NCBI RefSeq assembly: GCF_030028105.1
Contig: NC_092376.1
Span: 178,722,080-178,786,079, forward strand
Length of the DNA: 64,000 bases
Origin: Mobula birostris
Lineage: Eukaryota
Reading direction: 5' to 3'
The notes under the pieces are model-generated. The model did no database searches, had not been told where the DNA came from, and was given only the letters and a program-made list of their open reading frames with translations. The position numbers and the translations under genes were made by a program. Shown piece by piece: positions 22,974 through 36,306 of the stretch. How positions within the stretch are numbered: the stretch's first letter is position 1; every line of letters begins with the position of its first letter.

Positions 22974-25747
22974 TTCACGTGAGAATCAAAGCCCATGTGG
23001 TCTACGATTTAACTGGCTGTTATGCCAAAGAAATCATTGAAGGCTGTTAGAGCTACGGCAATTTTTCGGATTTGACGTAGCGTACTTTAACGCGCATATT
23101 TAATGCTACAGAATATAAATTTCCTGTTTTGGGAATTGTATGTATCTTAGGAACTTGATTAATCTCATTAACGGAGTCCATTTAAAAAAAATCCTTTATT
23201 GTGTTGTTGAAATGATCGATAAAACCAGCTTTGATTTTCCGAATGGCTTTCATTGCAAACTGTCATTTTATACAGCAGACTGCATTAAAAGAGATTTACA
23301 TTTGTTAAGAAAATACTTTGAAGAGAAAAGTTACGCAGAGAAATGCGTAATGTTTTCCTTTCGTTGCAAACTGAAATAAAGGAACCGTCAAAAAAAAACG
23401 GAGATGCCCGAAGCAACTGATACTCCATTAGTGCGTCTAATTATTTACACACACCAGCTTATTGGAAGCCGTCACTCTTTAAAATACATGTTGGAGTCAG
23501 TCGGAATAAAATTTGTGCACACATGTATACCCGCCCGTCATTGGACCATGGGGATTCCCACAACAGTGTATTTCTCTTTGAAGCGGGAATTTAGTTAAGG
23601 TGCAGAAAATAACTAACGTACGTTGTTGAATGTGTGCATCTAATGAAGTAAGAGAAGCCTAAAGCTATCTGCATCAAATTTGAATTTCTTGGTCTACTAT
23701 CACATCAACGCTTGGAAAATATTGACAATATTTAGCACGCTGAAATAGTTATACGATTCGGAGATGAAGTAGATTTGTACGGAATTTGGCTCAGCCCAAT
23801 ACCTATACTAGGAGAATTGTAGCTTCTTCTCAATTCGCAACAAATAACAAAACAAAATCCAAGGTTTCAGGGAAAGAGAAGAATAGTAATAATTAAGCAA
23901 ATACTTGCTACGGCCAAATTAACATAGAGATTTAAAAGTGCACCATGTGTCCAAGAACCGTAGAATAGAGGAGACGAGAGGGGATGCAATTCCTTGATTT
24001 GGTTTGTCATATCCCCTCTGACGAATCAGAGAATATCAGCGCAACACTCTACTGTAGTTCGGACAATATCTATCTCTTCACCAAAGGACGAAAACAAGCA
24101 CCTTCCTCAATATCACAAACAAGAGAAAATCCGTAGATGCTGGAAATCCGAGCAGTACAACTAAAATGCTGGAGGAACTCAGCAGGCCAGAAAGCACCTA
24201 ACTACCCCACTAAAGAATACCAGGTAGGGGGTGGTGTCTGAAAGTTGGCGCTAGGCCTCAGCGGGGTGGAGTTCGGTGTGCCAAGCTGCTGCAGCCCCTC
24301 CCTTGACTGCGGCATTGGTGGCGAGGTTAAGATTAGTTCTCCTTTTCTCTAGTTCTGCCGAAGGATTTCAGCCCGAAATGTCGACTCTGTTTTTATTGCC
24401 ATAAATGCTGGCTGGCCTGCTGCGTTCCTCCAGCATTTTCTGTGCGATTCTCTTCAATATGTATTGCTTTGTCGGATCCTACTGTTTGCAATGGGTTATC
24501 GCCTTTGCCTTACTCCCTTTAAAATGATGCACAGAGATAGAAATTCTCACTTTTTTCTGTCTAACCCAGATATTTATTTAACCATCAGCATCCATTTACT
24601 ACCGACAATCCATCAAATAAAGCGTGCGAACAGTTTGGAATTTCGCTATATCAAGTTGGAAATTAGATGGACGAATTTAACGAAGGGGAGATCCATAAAC
24701 ACTTTACCCTTTAAATATACTTTAAACCTGGGTCAGTGAAACTTAATCGGTTAGCAGCATGTGATTCCTGTTCTGGACCCGGCGATTCTGTTTCTTAAAG
24801 ACATCTCACTGGAAAGCATCTTTTGGAAAATTCGAAATGGCTTCAATTGTCGGTGGTATCAATAGTGCTATGCTCTTATACTCCCATATCAGAAAATTAA
24901 CAAGCAAATTCTCAAGAATATCCATTCAAGTTGGGTGAGACTTGAACTGGAATTCATGGGTTAAAGGAGAAAGGTGAATCTTTTAAGGAAAACATAAGGG
25001 GAATCTTCTTTCCGCAAAGATTATTGCGAGTGTGGAATGAGCTGCCAGTATAAGTGGTGGAAGAGGGTTGGAAAGAGAAATTTGGATAAGTACATAGATG
25101 GGAGGTGTATAGGGGATTATTCCAGGTGCAGGTAGATAGGAATCGGTAGATTGGAGTTCGGCACGGACACGATGTGTCGAAGGTACCGTTTCTGTGCTGT
25201 AGTGCTCTATGATGCTAACATCTGCTCCGAATTCTACAAAAATGTGCTATTGCTTGTAAAACTATTGGTAAGAGAGATAATACACTGTAACTGTCAAAGA
25301 CAGGAAAACATCTTCAAAAATTTTAACAGAATATTGTTGTGCATAATATACCAGTCTGGGTTTCTCAGGCTTCAACACTGTAAACATAGAATCTTCTTGC
25401 TCCCAAATATAATCTGACTGGTAACTGACGACGCCAATTTATGCACAACTGCGATCCGAATGAATAGATGGACCTGTCTAAACTGTTCTAGACACGCGTT
25501 AAAAATTCGGACATCTGTTATTTGTCCGAAACACGAAAGGAGATTTAAAATTTAGCTCAAAGTTCTGACATTTGAGGACAAGCTCCCATCTAAACTTAGG
25601 TAATACGACCTTCGTTGCTAGACGCTGTAAACAAAAATAAATCGCTAATTTTTTTAATCAATAATTGCGTTTTATGTTTGCAAGACTTATTTAGAATAAC
25701 AGTGCAGATTAATAGCTTAATAGCTTGTACTTGTTGAAGGAGCTGAT

Positions 25748-25768
25748 TGCGTCGCTGTCTACCAATGA
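25748..25768 (+). promoter_or_regulatory. Orphan Pcdh CSE, unit 2
   Basis: tgcgtCGCTgtctaccaatga, CGCT at 25753-25756. Confidence 0.8.
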
Positions 25769-26009
25769 TACGTTGAAATGTAAAGATGCATACGTTACAC
25801 TTGCCCACATCCAGAATAAAATGTCAGAATCGACGGAAAGGCGAGCAATGCCTGCATTGAAATTGTTGAGGTCAGATGAGAAAAATAATTCGCATGTCTG
25901 TTTAGGTTCTGCAACAAAATATATATCTACCTAGTATAGCATATGGGTGGAGGTGTTTGCCGCTTAATCTTACTGAGGTCAAGTTGTGAAAGTTAATGAA
26001 CGTGGAAGA

Positions 26010-26127
26010 TTCGCGTACCTACTAAGGAGTGCTTTCATTGCGAGTGGTTGCGTGATTCCCCTGTGTGCAGCGGATCTAATTTTTTGGCTGATTCGTTTTT
26101 CTATTCCCGAGGAAATCGAACAAGGTG
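26010..26127 (+). pseudogene. Protocadherin relic, unit 2 (further ~100-bp deletion after IEQG)
   Basis: attcgtttttctattcccgaggaaatcgaacaaggtg, then a jump to downstream sequence. The start codon position reads TTC. Confidence 0.8.
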
Positions 26128-26304
26128 TATGGCATAAAATTTTAATTGTTTAACCGCATACTGTGTCCGGCTTGTCATTTCGGGGTACTGATTTGAAACC
26201 GGGGACACATCCCACAGCATCCACCCGAATGGCAATCTCAAGGTTTGGCCGGACAGGGGGTTTTCACCCCGTGATCATGCCACTAGGGTAAATCGAGCGT
26301 TACA

Positions 26305-27395
26305 ATTGTATTCATACAACCCAGAATGTGTCACAAACGCAGAGATTTCTCTAGCTCTGTCCGTCAATGGAACACACCAATACCCTTTCAACAGACCGAT
26401 CGTTGTAAGAAATTTAGCTTTTCCAACCTTATGTATGCAATCATCCACCCTAGGGATGGGATAAGCATTTGTTTTTGTTGCTGTCCTTACCTTCCTACAG
26501 TCAGTGCAAAACCTAATACTACCATCGGGTTTAGGTACTATAACACAAGATGAACTCCAATTTGAAGTTGAAGGGCTATTGAAACAATTTTTCAGCATAT
26601 ATTCAATTTCTTCCTTGCCAATTTACATTTTCCACGTTCATACTATAGGAGTGTTGCTTAATCGTTTTGGCATCTCCAACGTCCACATCATGTGACGTGA
26701 CGGTGGTTCGATTCGGAACATCAGGAAATAAATTTTTAAATTTCAAAATTAATTCTTTCATTTGTTGTCTTTGCTGTCTTTGTAAGTGTAGCAACTTGTT
26801 ATCAATATTTTGTAAAACAACCGAGTTCATTAGCCTTATTGGGACCATGTTTGGCTTATGAAAAGTTTCATTCACAGGGTCTTCAGTCTCGGCTGCAGCT
26901 GCTGGATATATCTCACCAAAGGTCATTTTCTCATAATAAGATTTTGTCATATTGATATGACAAAGCTGTGTTTTTCGCTTATGATCAGGTGTTTTGATTA
27001 TGAAATTTACATCATTAACCTGAGAGTCAATCTGATAAGGACCTAAAAATCTCGCCTGAAGAGGGTTTGAACTTGTAGGTAATAGTACTAAAACCTTATC
27101 TGCTACTTCAAGTTTTCTCAGACGGGCTTGTTTATCAAACCAGCGCTTCATTTTCCCTTGAGCTGTTTTCAAGTTTTGGTTTGCTAATTCGCAAATTTTG
27201 TACAGCCTGTCCTTGAAGTTCAGCACGTAGTCTAACAAATTAATATGTAAGTCTTTATTAATCCAATGTTCCTTTAACAAGGTCAAATGTCCCCTCAGTC
27301 TATAACCAAATACGTTCAAAAGGGCTAAAGCCCAGTGATTCCTGCACCGATTCTCTTGCTGCGAACGAAAGCAAACGTAGCCCTTTATCCCAGTC
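26305..27395 (-). mobile_element. Gmr1-like gypsy pol fragment, unit 2
   Basis: ORFs 26603-27319 (integrase end and linker) and 26275-26598 (RT). Confidence 0.88.
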
Positions 27396-30300
27396 TCTTC
27401 TCCTTCCCAATAACTGACCTGTCCCCTTTAATCTGCATCTGCACTTCTCACCTGTTTGAGTAGCTACATGAAATCTAAGCATTATGATTTGTTAAATTAC
27501 TGTCAGGCATATACCAGCCCTCAAAGAATTTTCCCTGAAAGATTACCGATCCGATTGACATTTATAGAACATAGAATAGTACAGCACAGTACAGGCCCTT
27601 CGGCCCACAATGTTGTGTCGGCCCTCAGACCCTGCCTCCTATATCACCCCGCACCTTACATTCCTCCATATACCTGTCTAGTAATCTCTTAAACTTCTCT
27701 AGTGTATCTGCCTCCACCACTGAGTCAGGCAGTGCATTTCACACACCAACCACTCTGTGAGTAAATAACCTTCCTCTAATATCCCCCTTTAAATTCCCAC
27801 CCCTTACCTTAAAGCCATGTCCTCTTGTGGTTCCCTGGGGAAGAGGCGCTGTCTATCCAGTCTATCTATTCCACATATTATCTTGTGCACCTCTATCATG
27901 TCTCCTCTCATCCTCCTTCTCTCCAAAGAGTAAAGCCCTAGCCCTAGCTCCCTTAATCCCTGCTCATAATGCATACCTTCTAAACCAGGCAGCATCCTGG
28001 TAAATCTCCTCTGTAACCTTTCCAATGCTTCCCCAGGGTACTAAACCCCAATAGTCCACACAACAAAAGTAATTTCTTCATAATTCAGTTTTCCTTCTTC
28101 CCTACTTCAGGAGATGACAACTTGCACTTGGTTTCCTGTATCCATTCAGCCTTCCCTTAGAATATCACAGCAGTCCTTCTCACCAGAAGCACCTGATTTC
28201 ACCCCCTTTCCACCTAGAAGAAAGGGAGTCTTTCATAAGCGTCTTTACGTATACATTGTCTCCAGGTTTAAAGGAATGAATGTACTTTTTTCCTCCCAGC
28301 TTAGGAAAGGCAGCAGCTACATGTCCTTAGTTTGCTCTTATTGCTTTGCCTCACAAATTCTATGATTTTCTCATCGGTACTGAGCAGGGATGTTTGTGTT
28401 TTAATCAAAGGAGGCCAGAGACTCCGGCGGTATAGGCCTGCACATTAATACTTCGAACGAAGTCAATTTAGTAGTCCGTCTCACCTGATTTCTTAGAGAC
28501 CATAATGCTATGGGAAGAGCCTCTGGCTATTTCAATCCAGTTTCCTGACATACCTTAGCCAATGTGTATTTTAATGCTCCATGCATTCTTTCTTTTGGTC
28601 CCGAGGACTGCGACTGTTATGGAAGGTGTTATTCCAAAGTAAATCCTAACGCTGGAACCAATTCCTTAATTATTTTACATGAATGGAACCCCAAATCTAG
28701 GAATAATTTCCTTCATGAATATCTTGACCGCAGGTAGGGTGTCATCTTCTCTAGTGGGAAACGCCTCCACCATTTGGAGAACATATCTACTATCACAGAT
28801 ACTTATAACCTCCGCTGGCTGGTATCTATCTGCAAATTGGCTATGGTGCCGTCGCGGCTGGAAAATGATAAAATTTAGCTGGTAACCTTCCCCCACTGTG
28901 TCACTAGCAAATCTCACAGCTTCGCACAACCTGTCCCGCAATTATTGTTAGTCCGGGTGCAAACCTTTATTGATGTATAATACCCCGATTCCTGGGACAC
29001 ACAAGGAGATTATCCGGATGTCTCCATACCCCCTCAGAGTCCTGAAAACTCTGTTTTCCCTTTCATACTCCCTTATCTTTTTGCGGAATCCCGTCCTTGT
29101 CGGAAATTAAATTTTGCAGATTTGGTGTAAGGGTTACAAGCGTACATTGCACCTACATATGTATCAGCATAACTTTTCCTGCATTATCGGCTTCTTCAGC
29201 AGATGCGTCCGCAGCAGCATTTCCCTTACTTATGGGGTCTGCGCTATTAGTGTGAGCTTCGTACTTAATGATAGCAATTCGTTTGGGCATCTGCATTGCT
29301 TGTAACATTTTTATGAGATACGTATGCTGAGTGGGTTTACCCGCAGAAGTAATGAACCCCCGAAGTTTCCAAAGTGATCGAAAATCATGTCCCACCCTAA
29401 AGCCTACCTAGAGTCCGTATAGATGTTTATTGTGTGTCCCTTGTGTTAGAGTAAATAGCTCCGCTGCCTGAGCAGAATTTCCTTGGGGGATGGTTTCTAC
29501 CTCTAAAGTTTCAAAGACAGTCACTATTGCATAGCTTTATAATAGGATGTGATGGCTTGGCTTGCAAGAAGAGCCCTCTATATAAAGCATTAATTCTAGG
29601 TTATCAAGAGGCACAGCGGATAGGCTAGCGGACAGGCTTTAATACAATCATGGGGATTTGATGACAGTCATAGGAACCAGGGTGGTCGGGCTGAATGCAG
29701 GTGCTCTTTTAAAAGTCAAATTCGACCGTTTAAGTATCCCGTGCGGTGGGCGGTATTGAAATGTTGCGTAGCAGCTGAGTTGAGGAGCAACATTGCAGCA
29801 GAGGGGTCAGTAGCATACAAGCATGCTACAGTATTAACGGTGCAGCCTTCTCGACTACTGACGCTGTCGTTACCACCGTCCTTAAACATCTTGGCATTCC
29901 TCTTACGACTAGATGTAATAGGGTGGAAAAATGCGGCACTGGTCTTCGTAAGCCACCGTGGGTTAATACTGCGCTTGCGATACGCTCATTTTCATTCACA
30001 TACAGCTGGAACGCCTTGCTGTACTAGGGCAATCCTTAGTCCATTGTATTGTATCAGATGCATCGTACGTTACGGCGGCTCGTAGGACAGCATCATACAT
30101 GCGGTATTCAGGTATTCAATATCGACAGTAATTCGTCATTGCCAGGAAAGGTATCATCTGTCTCTTGGCAGAAGGTCTGGGAGACTGAGCAATACGAGCC
30201 ACACGCTGTGGCTCCAATTGGCGGGTTCCTTTGCGCAATATATACCCCAAATATTTCACTGTCGGCCGTCAGAGCTGGAAGATCGACAAGGAGGTTGTAT

Positions 30301-33183
30301 GTCCTCTGGCAACAAGATCATTCAACAACGTCACACATTATTCTGTACAATCAGCCGGTGTCTGTCAGGCCAGAAATAAATCGTCTGCATATTGTAAAAT
30401 CATGTTGCCTCCAGCCACTAGTAAATTTGCTAGATCATCACGAATAGCGGCTGCGCAGAGAACCGGACGTAATGTTTAATCCGGCAGTAAACCTGTCCAC
30501 GTGTATTGCTGTCCATTACAGTCTATGAGAAGGCAACCAGATACTGACTGTCCTCATGCAGTGGTAAAGAAAAATAAGAGGAGTACAAATTAAGCACCGT
30601 ATACCAGTATCACATTCGTATCTGGAACGTTCGGTGAAATGGGCTGGACTTTCTGATTTATAGCCCGCAGATCCTGGATAAACCGCCTCTCATTCGGCCT
30701 CCCTGGTTTGGGAATGGATAATATCAGCGTATTGCAAGGGCTTTGAGTTAATCGCAGAACCTGTTGTCGCAATGACGTCTCTGTGACAAGTTTAATAACC
30801 CGATGGTTTCTGGAGTTAGGCGTTATTGTTTGATGAACAGTAGTCCGGCACTTTGTTAAGAGTCACCTGATGGGGAACTACTGACTTCACTAATCCTACA
30901 TAACTAGTATCGGGGGGGCTGCCTATGATTCCAAATCAATAAGGGTAAAAGGAGGTTTCACTTCCAGTGAGGCATAGGGCAGTGAATGTTGGTCCTTCAG
31001 GAAGAGCTCTTTCTGTTTCCTTTTGAACTGAATCTCAGCTACTATTCCCTCAGGGCCAAAATATCTCTACCCGATAAGAATATTAGCCCCCATTACCTTC
31101 ATGTTAATATGCTTGGTTACTATTATCGTCATCGGGATCTGGATTCCTGAAGGCCACAGCACAATGTGGTGTTTACAAGTTCCGATCAAATCATTCAATA
31201 TTTCTCCCACTTTAATGTCGTCTTCTATTTGCTGCCACAGCCAATCTCCCCAGGCTTTCCCCCCACTTTGCGGAGTTCGGGTAATCTATTCTCAGAGGTT
31301 TCAAGTTATAATCCTTCGAAGGTACAATGAATTTCCCATTTAGTGTTTAGAGTGTGTGGCGTCCAAGCAAAGGAAGAGGTGCGTTCTCTGCTGTAACAAG
31401 TGTTTCATCAATCCTAAATTTCCCTCCTTGTTTTTAACCGACTCGGACAGGGGTTCTATCATAGGAACTCTGGTCATCTCTGCATTCTTAATACCTTTGC
31501 TGTCTTTTGGTAATGCCACTTCAGACCGGTCAATTTAAAATAATGTGCTACCTCTGATCGGGGACAGTTTATAAACATTTGCTTTGGGAGTGTTTTTTTT
31601 CTTCCTGCAGGGGTATCTCTGCACTGGATCCCTGGAAAGATACTACTTTACTTCGCGAAACATGTTGCGAACCTCAGATGGGATCCAGCGTTTATGTATC
31701 AGGACACTCCCTACTGTTAGCGAATAGCCTGGAAGGGAGTCTAAGTTAATCGCCGGCCTCTCCTCGGCTGTTGCTGTTGTTGCTGTTGCTGTTGGCTGTC
31801 ACAATGCCAGGAGACCCTAACGGACATTTTTATTATTTCCATATCATCTGGAAGCTCCAGATAAGGAGGAAGTAGTGCTATTGGAGGATATAGTCTGGGT
31901 CAGAGACGGTCGGAGCCGAGGAGCCTGAAGCGAGCACCTCGGCATTCTGCGTAATTTGGTTTAACCCTCAGAGGCTGGTGCCGATTTGCCACCTCTTCCC
32001 ATTCGTTAAAGCACCACATTATACACAGTATTTTAAATTCCAATTAGGATCTCTGCACCCTGATTTTGTTTCATTTCTCAAATGCTGAAACTTTTTAGAA
32101 CAAAGGATCCACCATAGAGCCAATCCACATCACTCCACCCACACAGATCAGGAGAAAAAGGTTTCAGAGTATCTGCTATCTCCCGTTTCCATCCAAATCG
32201 TGTCATCGGGGGACCCCAGGAAACCAGCGGGTCACTTAAGAGTTGTTTGGTCTTCAAACCGTTGAATTTCTTTCGTGTATTCTTATTCATTGGCACCTTT
32301 GCCAGAGGATCAGAGAGCCGCAATTGAAGGGATGATTCTCCTCAGGTCGTTGAAACGTACCGTTATTATTATCCATTTTCCTCCTCTAGCTACCGTTGAA
32401 ACTATTTTTAACAACTATGCAAGATCTAATATTCTTTACAGGTAATATTTACAATCCCTTCTCCCCACTGGTTGACAAAGCACCTATCATTTGCCAAGGT
32501 CTCCTTAAATTTAGTCTAGATTTACTCTCCCGATGCTCTCAGGTTCCCTTCTTCCAATCCCACTCTTGTTCCTTTACTCGAACTCATGGGTCTCTGGCTG
32601 GTATGAGACAGCTCCGGCACCCGCGTCCAGTATCAAACCCTGTTCCTCGAGCGAGTCTCTAAAATGGGCTCATCCCAGTCGAATCTTGACCTCTAGCTTT
32701 TGAGTAAGTACCACGGATAGGTTCGTTTGGAATGTCGTATCATAAGGATCCTACCCTCGTCGCCAAATTACGGTCGAAGAATCTAGCCTGTTTTTACCGT
32801 ATTTTAATGTAAAAGAATTTCACCAGGTTATCAAAGACAGGGACACAGACCTCGCTACACAGTTAACCCTCTAATGCGTGATTACGGGGAACTGTTGTCT
32901 TACGATTCCCACAATATCAGGCAACATCTTAATTTTTTTTTAGTAAAATTTGGTCAACAGTTCACAGCTGAACGTATTTAGTCACCGATTGCAAGAAACA
33001 CTCGTTAGGTATCAGCCAATACACAAGTGTTACCACGCGGTATATAATATGAGAACTGCACGTCAACGTTCAGTTCCCCTATAAGTCAAACTGTCAGACA
33101 AAGGTTAGTCATTATTGGCATCATCTTTTACTAGCTATTGTCAGCTAGCACAAACAAGACAGAGTTTGTGTCTTATCCTGACA
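27395..33183 (-). mobile_element. Same ERV, unit 2
   Basis: RT active site reads YADD at 30380-30391. Best-preserved PBS. Part of env deleted near 28032. Confidence 0.88.
32748..32765 (-). other. Primer-binding site complementary to tRNA-Ser(GCT), unit 2
   Basis: TGGCGACGAGGGTAGGAT, one mismatch to the vertebrate tRNA-Ser(GCT) 3' end as I recall it (..ATCCCACCCTCGTCGCCA). Confidence 0.82.
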
Positions 33184-33664
33184 CCCTCATGATCCAAATC
33201 AATGGCAATTCCTAGCTAGTAAAGCTTGACATCAAAATTTAATACACAATTTAATTTTCTTTCACATTTAAACATGGATTGAAGCTGCCCCAATGCAATG
33301 ACACTTCAACTGTAAAAAATCACCCGCAACGTTTCTTCGAGCAGATCTTATCATAGGACAAATGCAGAAATCGAACTTTCCGGGTCAGATACGTGGGAAA
33401 CCAAACAATAAATCTCATTGGATCATAAAAATGCTCATGGAACCAACCTGCTCTCTGTTGCATACTGACTGAACTTCTAGGTCGTGCTAAAATTATGGAA
33501 AAATGCCATGTAATGGTTGTTGTTATATTTTACGATGATAAACGTTGAAAATAAAATGAATTGAGCAACTTTATCAACAACCTCATTTTATGGTGTGCAC
33601 CATTAAATGTAGGAGAACGGTACAGCTTTAAGAACATCAGTTGTAATTGACGAAAAGAACTGGT

Positions 33665-33685
33665 TGTGTCGCTGTCTACCAATGA
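33665..33685 (+). promoter_or_regulatory. Pcdh promoter CSE, copy 2
   Basis: Identical motif, CGCT at 33670-33673. Confidence 0.85.
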
Positions 33686-33918
33686 GAAATTCAATTTCAC
33701 AGTTGGATCCATTGCCCCTCCTACGCCCAGAATAAAAGGACAGAGTCAACGAAAGAGACAAGCATTACGTGCGTTTATATTATGGTGTTAAGCTGAGGCG
33801 TAAAAATCTTCTGTTTGTTTAGATTCGATCTTTATCTGCATGCGTTTCCGTCTTGCAGGAAGGACTTGTTCGCGATTAATTGAGCAGAGGCCTGAGTAAA
33901 TTAATTGAATGCGGAACA

Positions 33919-36306
33919 ATGGCGTCCAAATCCATATTAAGCTTCACTGTTATTGCGCACAGTTTTATCGTGTGTACTGCCGATCAAATTCCAGGACAAT
34001 TTCGTTATTCTATTCCCGAGGAAATGGTCGAAGGGACAATTGTTGGGAATATTGCTCAAGATTTGGGATTGAATGTACCGCTTTTGTCAGCTCGTAAATT
34101 TCGTCTCAGCTCTAATGACGGAGAACGGCACATGAAGGTTAGTTTGGATAATGGGCTTTTATCTATTTGTGAAAGAATCGACAGGGAACGTATTTGTGGG
34201 CAAGCAGATATGTGTACTATACCTTTGGAAATAATACTGAAAAATCCATTAGAGGTGTATCGCGGCGAAGTGGAGATTGTTGACGTAAATGACAATTCTC
34301 CTACATTTCGGGAAACACATATTGCCTTACAAATGTCTGAAGCAATTACACCGGGCGTACGTTTTCGACTCAAGAGTGCGGAAGATGCTGATACTGGAAT
34401 GAATACTGTCGCGAATTACACAATCAGTTCGAGTGAGTACTTCAGTTTGAAAACACGGAGAACCGAGGAGGGTATTATAATTGCTGAGTTGCTGTTAGAG
34501 AAACCTTTGGATCGAGAGCTACAATCATCGTTTCAATTGGTGCTTACTGCTGAGGATGGCGGCAATTCGCCGAGAACGGGAACAGCACAGATTCTCATTA
34601 CTGTATTGGACATTAATGATAATCCTCCTGTATTCGAGCATGATGTTTACAGGGGCACTATTAGTGAAGACTCACCACAAGATACCATTGTGCTAAAAGT
34701 TAAAGCAAACGATTTGGACGAAGGGCTGAATGCAGAGTTAACATATTCATTCAGTGATGTTATTACTTCGCGAAGAATGCGTGATTTGTTTTCCCTGGAC
34801 CCTAAAACTGGAGAGATTCGAGTAAAAGGGCCGCTAGATTTTGAAAAATCAACCAGCTATTCACTCGATATTCAAGCTGTTGATCACGGGTCACCTGCGA
34901 TTACGGGACACTCGAAAGTGCTGATCAAGGTAACTGATGTAAATGACAACGCACCCGAGATAAAAGTGACGTCAGCCACAAGCCAAATCCCTGAAAATGC
35001 TACCCCCGGGGATTTAATCACCTTGATTGATGTTATCGATCGTGATTCTGGAGAGAACGGTCAAGTGCGCTGCGAAATACCACAGGACGTGCCTTTTATG
35101 ATACAAAGATCGTCCAATCATTATAAATTAATTACAAGTGGAACGTTGGACCGTGAAACGGTGTCTGATTATAAAATACTTATTTCAGCCTGGGATTTGG
35201 GGTCACCTTCACTGTCAACAAATGTAACCATCCATATCGTAGTTACAGATGTAAATGATAATGCCCCACGCTTTGCTGAACTGCCTTACAACTTTTATGT
35301 GACTGAAAATAACTCTCCGGGCGCTTCTATCTTCGCAGTAACAGCTTCAGATCCTGATCTGAGACAGAATTCCTATGTTTCTTATTCCATTCTAGACAGT
35401 TATATTCAAAACTTGCCTGTGTCCACGTGCTTGAGCGTTAACTCTATGAACGGCACTATTTACGCTCTGCGCTCTTTTGACTATGAGGAACTCAAAAGTT
35501 TTCAGATCCATGTTCAGGCCCGTGACGCTGGAGTGCCGCCGCTGAGCAGCAGCGCTACTGTGAATGTCATCATCCTGGATCAAAATGACAACGCGCCTGT
35601 GATTGTTTCACCTTCAGAGTATGGTGAGTCATCAGCCGTGGAAACCCTGCCCCGGTCAGCGGGTCAGGGGTACTTGATCACCAAGATAATGGCCACTGAT
35701 GCAGATTCTGGTCAGAACGCACGGTTATTTTACCAAATGGCGAAAGCTACTGATCCCAGTTTGTTTATTATCGGTCAAACGTCTGGTGAAATCAGAACAG
35801 CGCGCAAAATCTTGGAGGAGGATCTCAACACACAAACTTTGGTAATCTTGGTGAAAGACAACGGGCAGCCAAGCCTATCTGGCACAGTTACAATTCACGT
35901 CACAATTTCGCAGAACAGCACCGAAACTCCTACTAAAAGCAGTAATTTAGTGAGAAATTCAGAATATTTATCCGATCTAAATCTTTATTTATTGGTTATT
36001 TTCAGTTGCACTTCCATTGTATTTCTTCTGATTATCATTGTGCTTATCGGAATCAAGTGTAAACAGGACAGAAATAACACCCAAGACTATACTTCCCCCA
36101 GTTATTGTTACAAGCGTGGGGATATGCAGGACACGTTTAATCGAAGATCTGCGGTGGAGGAAACATTACGCTATCCTGGTACGGACCAGGTACTCCGCAT
36201 GCCAGGACTGCCTCAGTACTCGGTCTGCCTGTCTCCAGAATCAGCGAAAAGCGACTTCCTTTTCTTGAAGCCGTGCGGCCCTGCCATTTCTCAGGCCCAA
36301 TGCTAA
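33919..36306 (+). CDS. Clustered-type protocadherin copy 2 (795 aa)
   Basis: Intact ORF, same length and domain layout as copy 1, about 95% aa identity by manual count. Confidence 0.96.
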   Translation: MASKSILSFTVIAHSFIVCTADQIPGQFRYSIPEEMVEGTIVGNIAQDLGLNVPLLSARKFRLSSNDGERHMKVSLDNGLLSICERIDRERICGQADMCTIPLEIILKNPLEVYRGEVEIVDVNDNSPTFRETHIALQMSEAITPGVRFRLKSAEDADTGMNTVANYTISSSEYFSLKTRRTEEGIIIAELLLEKPLDRELQSSFQLVLTAEDGGNSPRTGTAQILITVLDINDNPPVFEHDVYRGTISEDSPQDTIVLKVKANDLDEGLNAELTYSFSDVITSRRMRDLFSLDPKTGEIRVKGPLDFEKSTSYSLDIQAVDHGSPAITGHSKVLIKVTDVNDNAPEIKVTSATSQIPENATPGDLITLIDVIDRDSGENGQVRCEIPQDVPFMIQRSSNHYKLITSGTLDRETVSDYKILISAWDLGSPSLSTNVTIHIVVTDVNDNAPRFAELPYNFYVTENNSPGASIFAVTASDPDLRQNSYVSYSILDSYIQNLPVSTCLSVNSMNGTIYALRSFDYEELKSFQIHVQARDAGVPPLSSSATVNVIILDQNDNAPVIVSPSEYGESSAVETLPRSAGQGYLITKIMATDADSGQNARLFYQMAKATDPSLFIIGQTSGEIRTARKILEEDLNTQTLVILVKDNGQPSLSGTVTIHVTISQNSTETPTKSSNLVRNSEYLSDLNLYLLVIFSCTSIVFLLIIIVLIGIKCKQDRNNTQDYTSPSYCYKRGDMQDTFNRRSAVEETLRYPGTDQVLRMPGLPQYSVCLSPESAKSDFLFLKPCGPAISQAQC

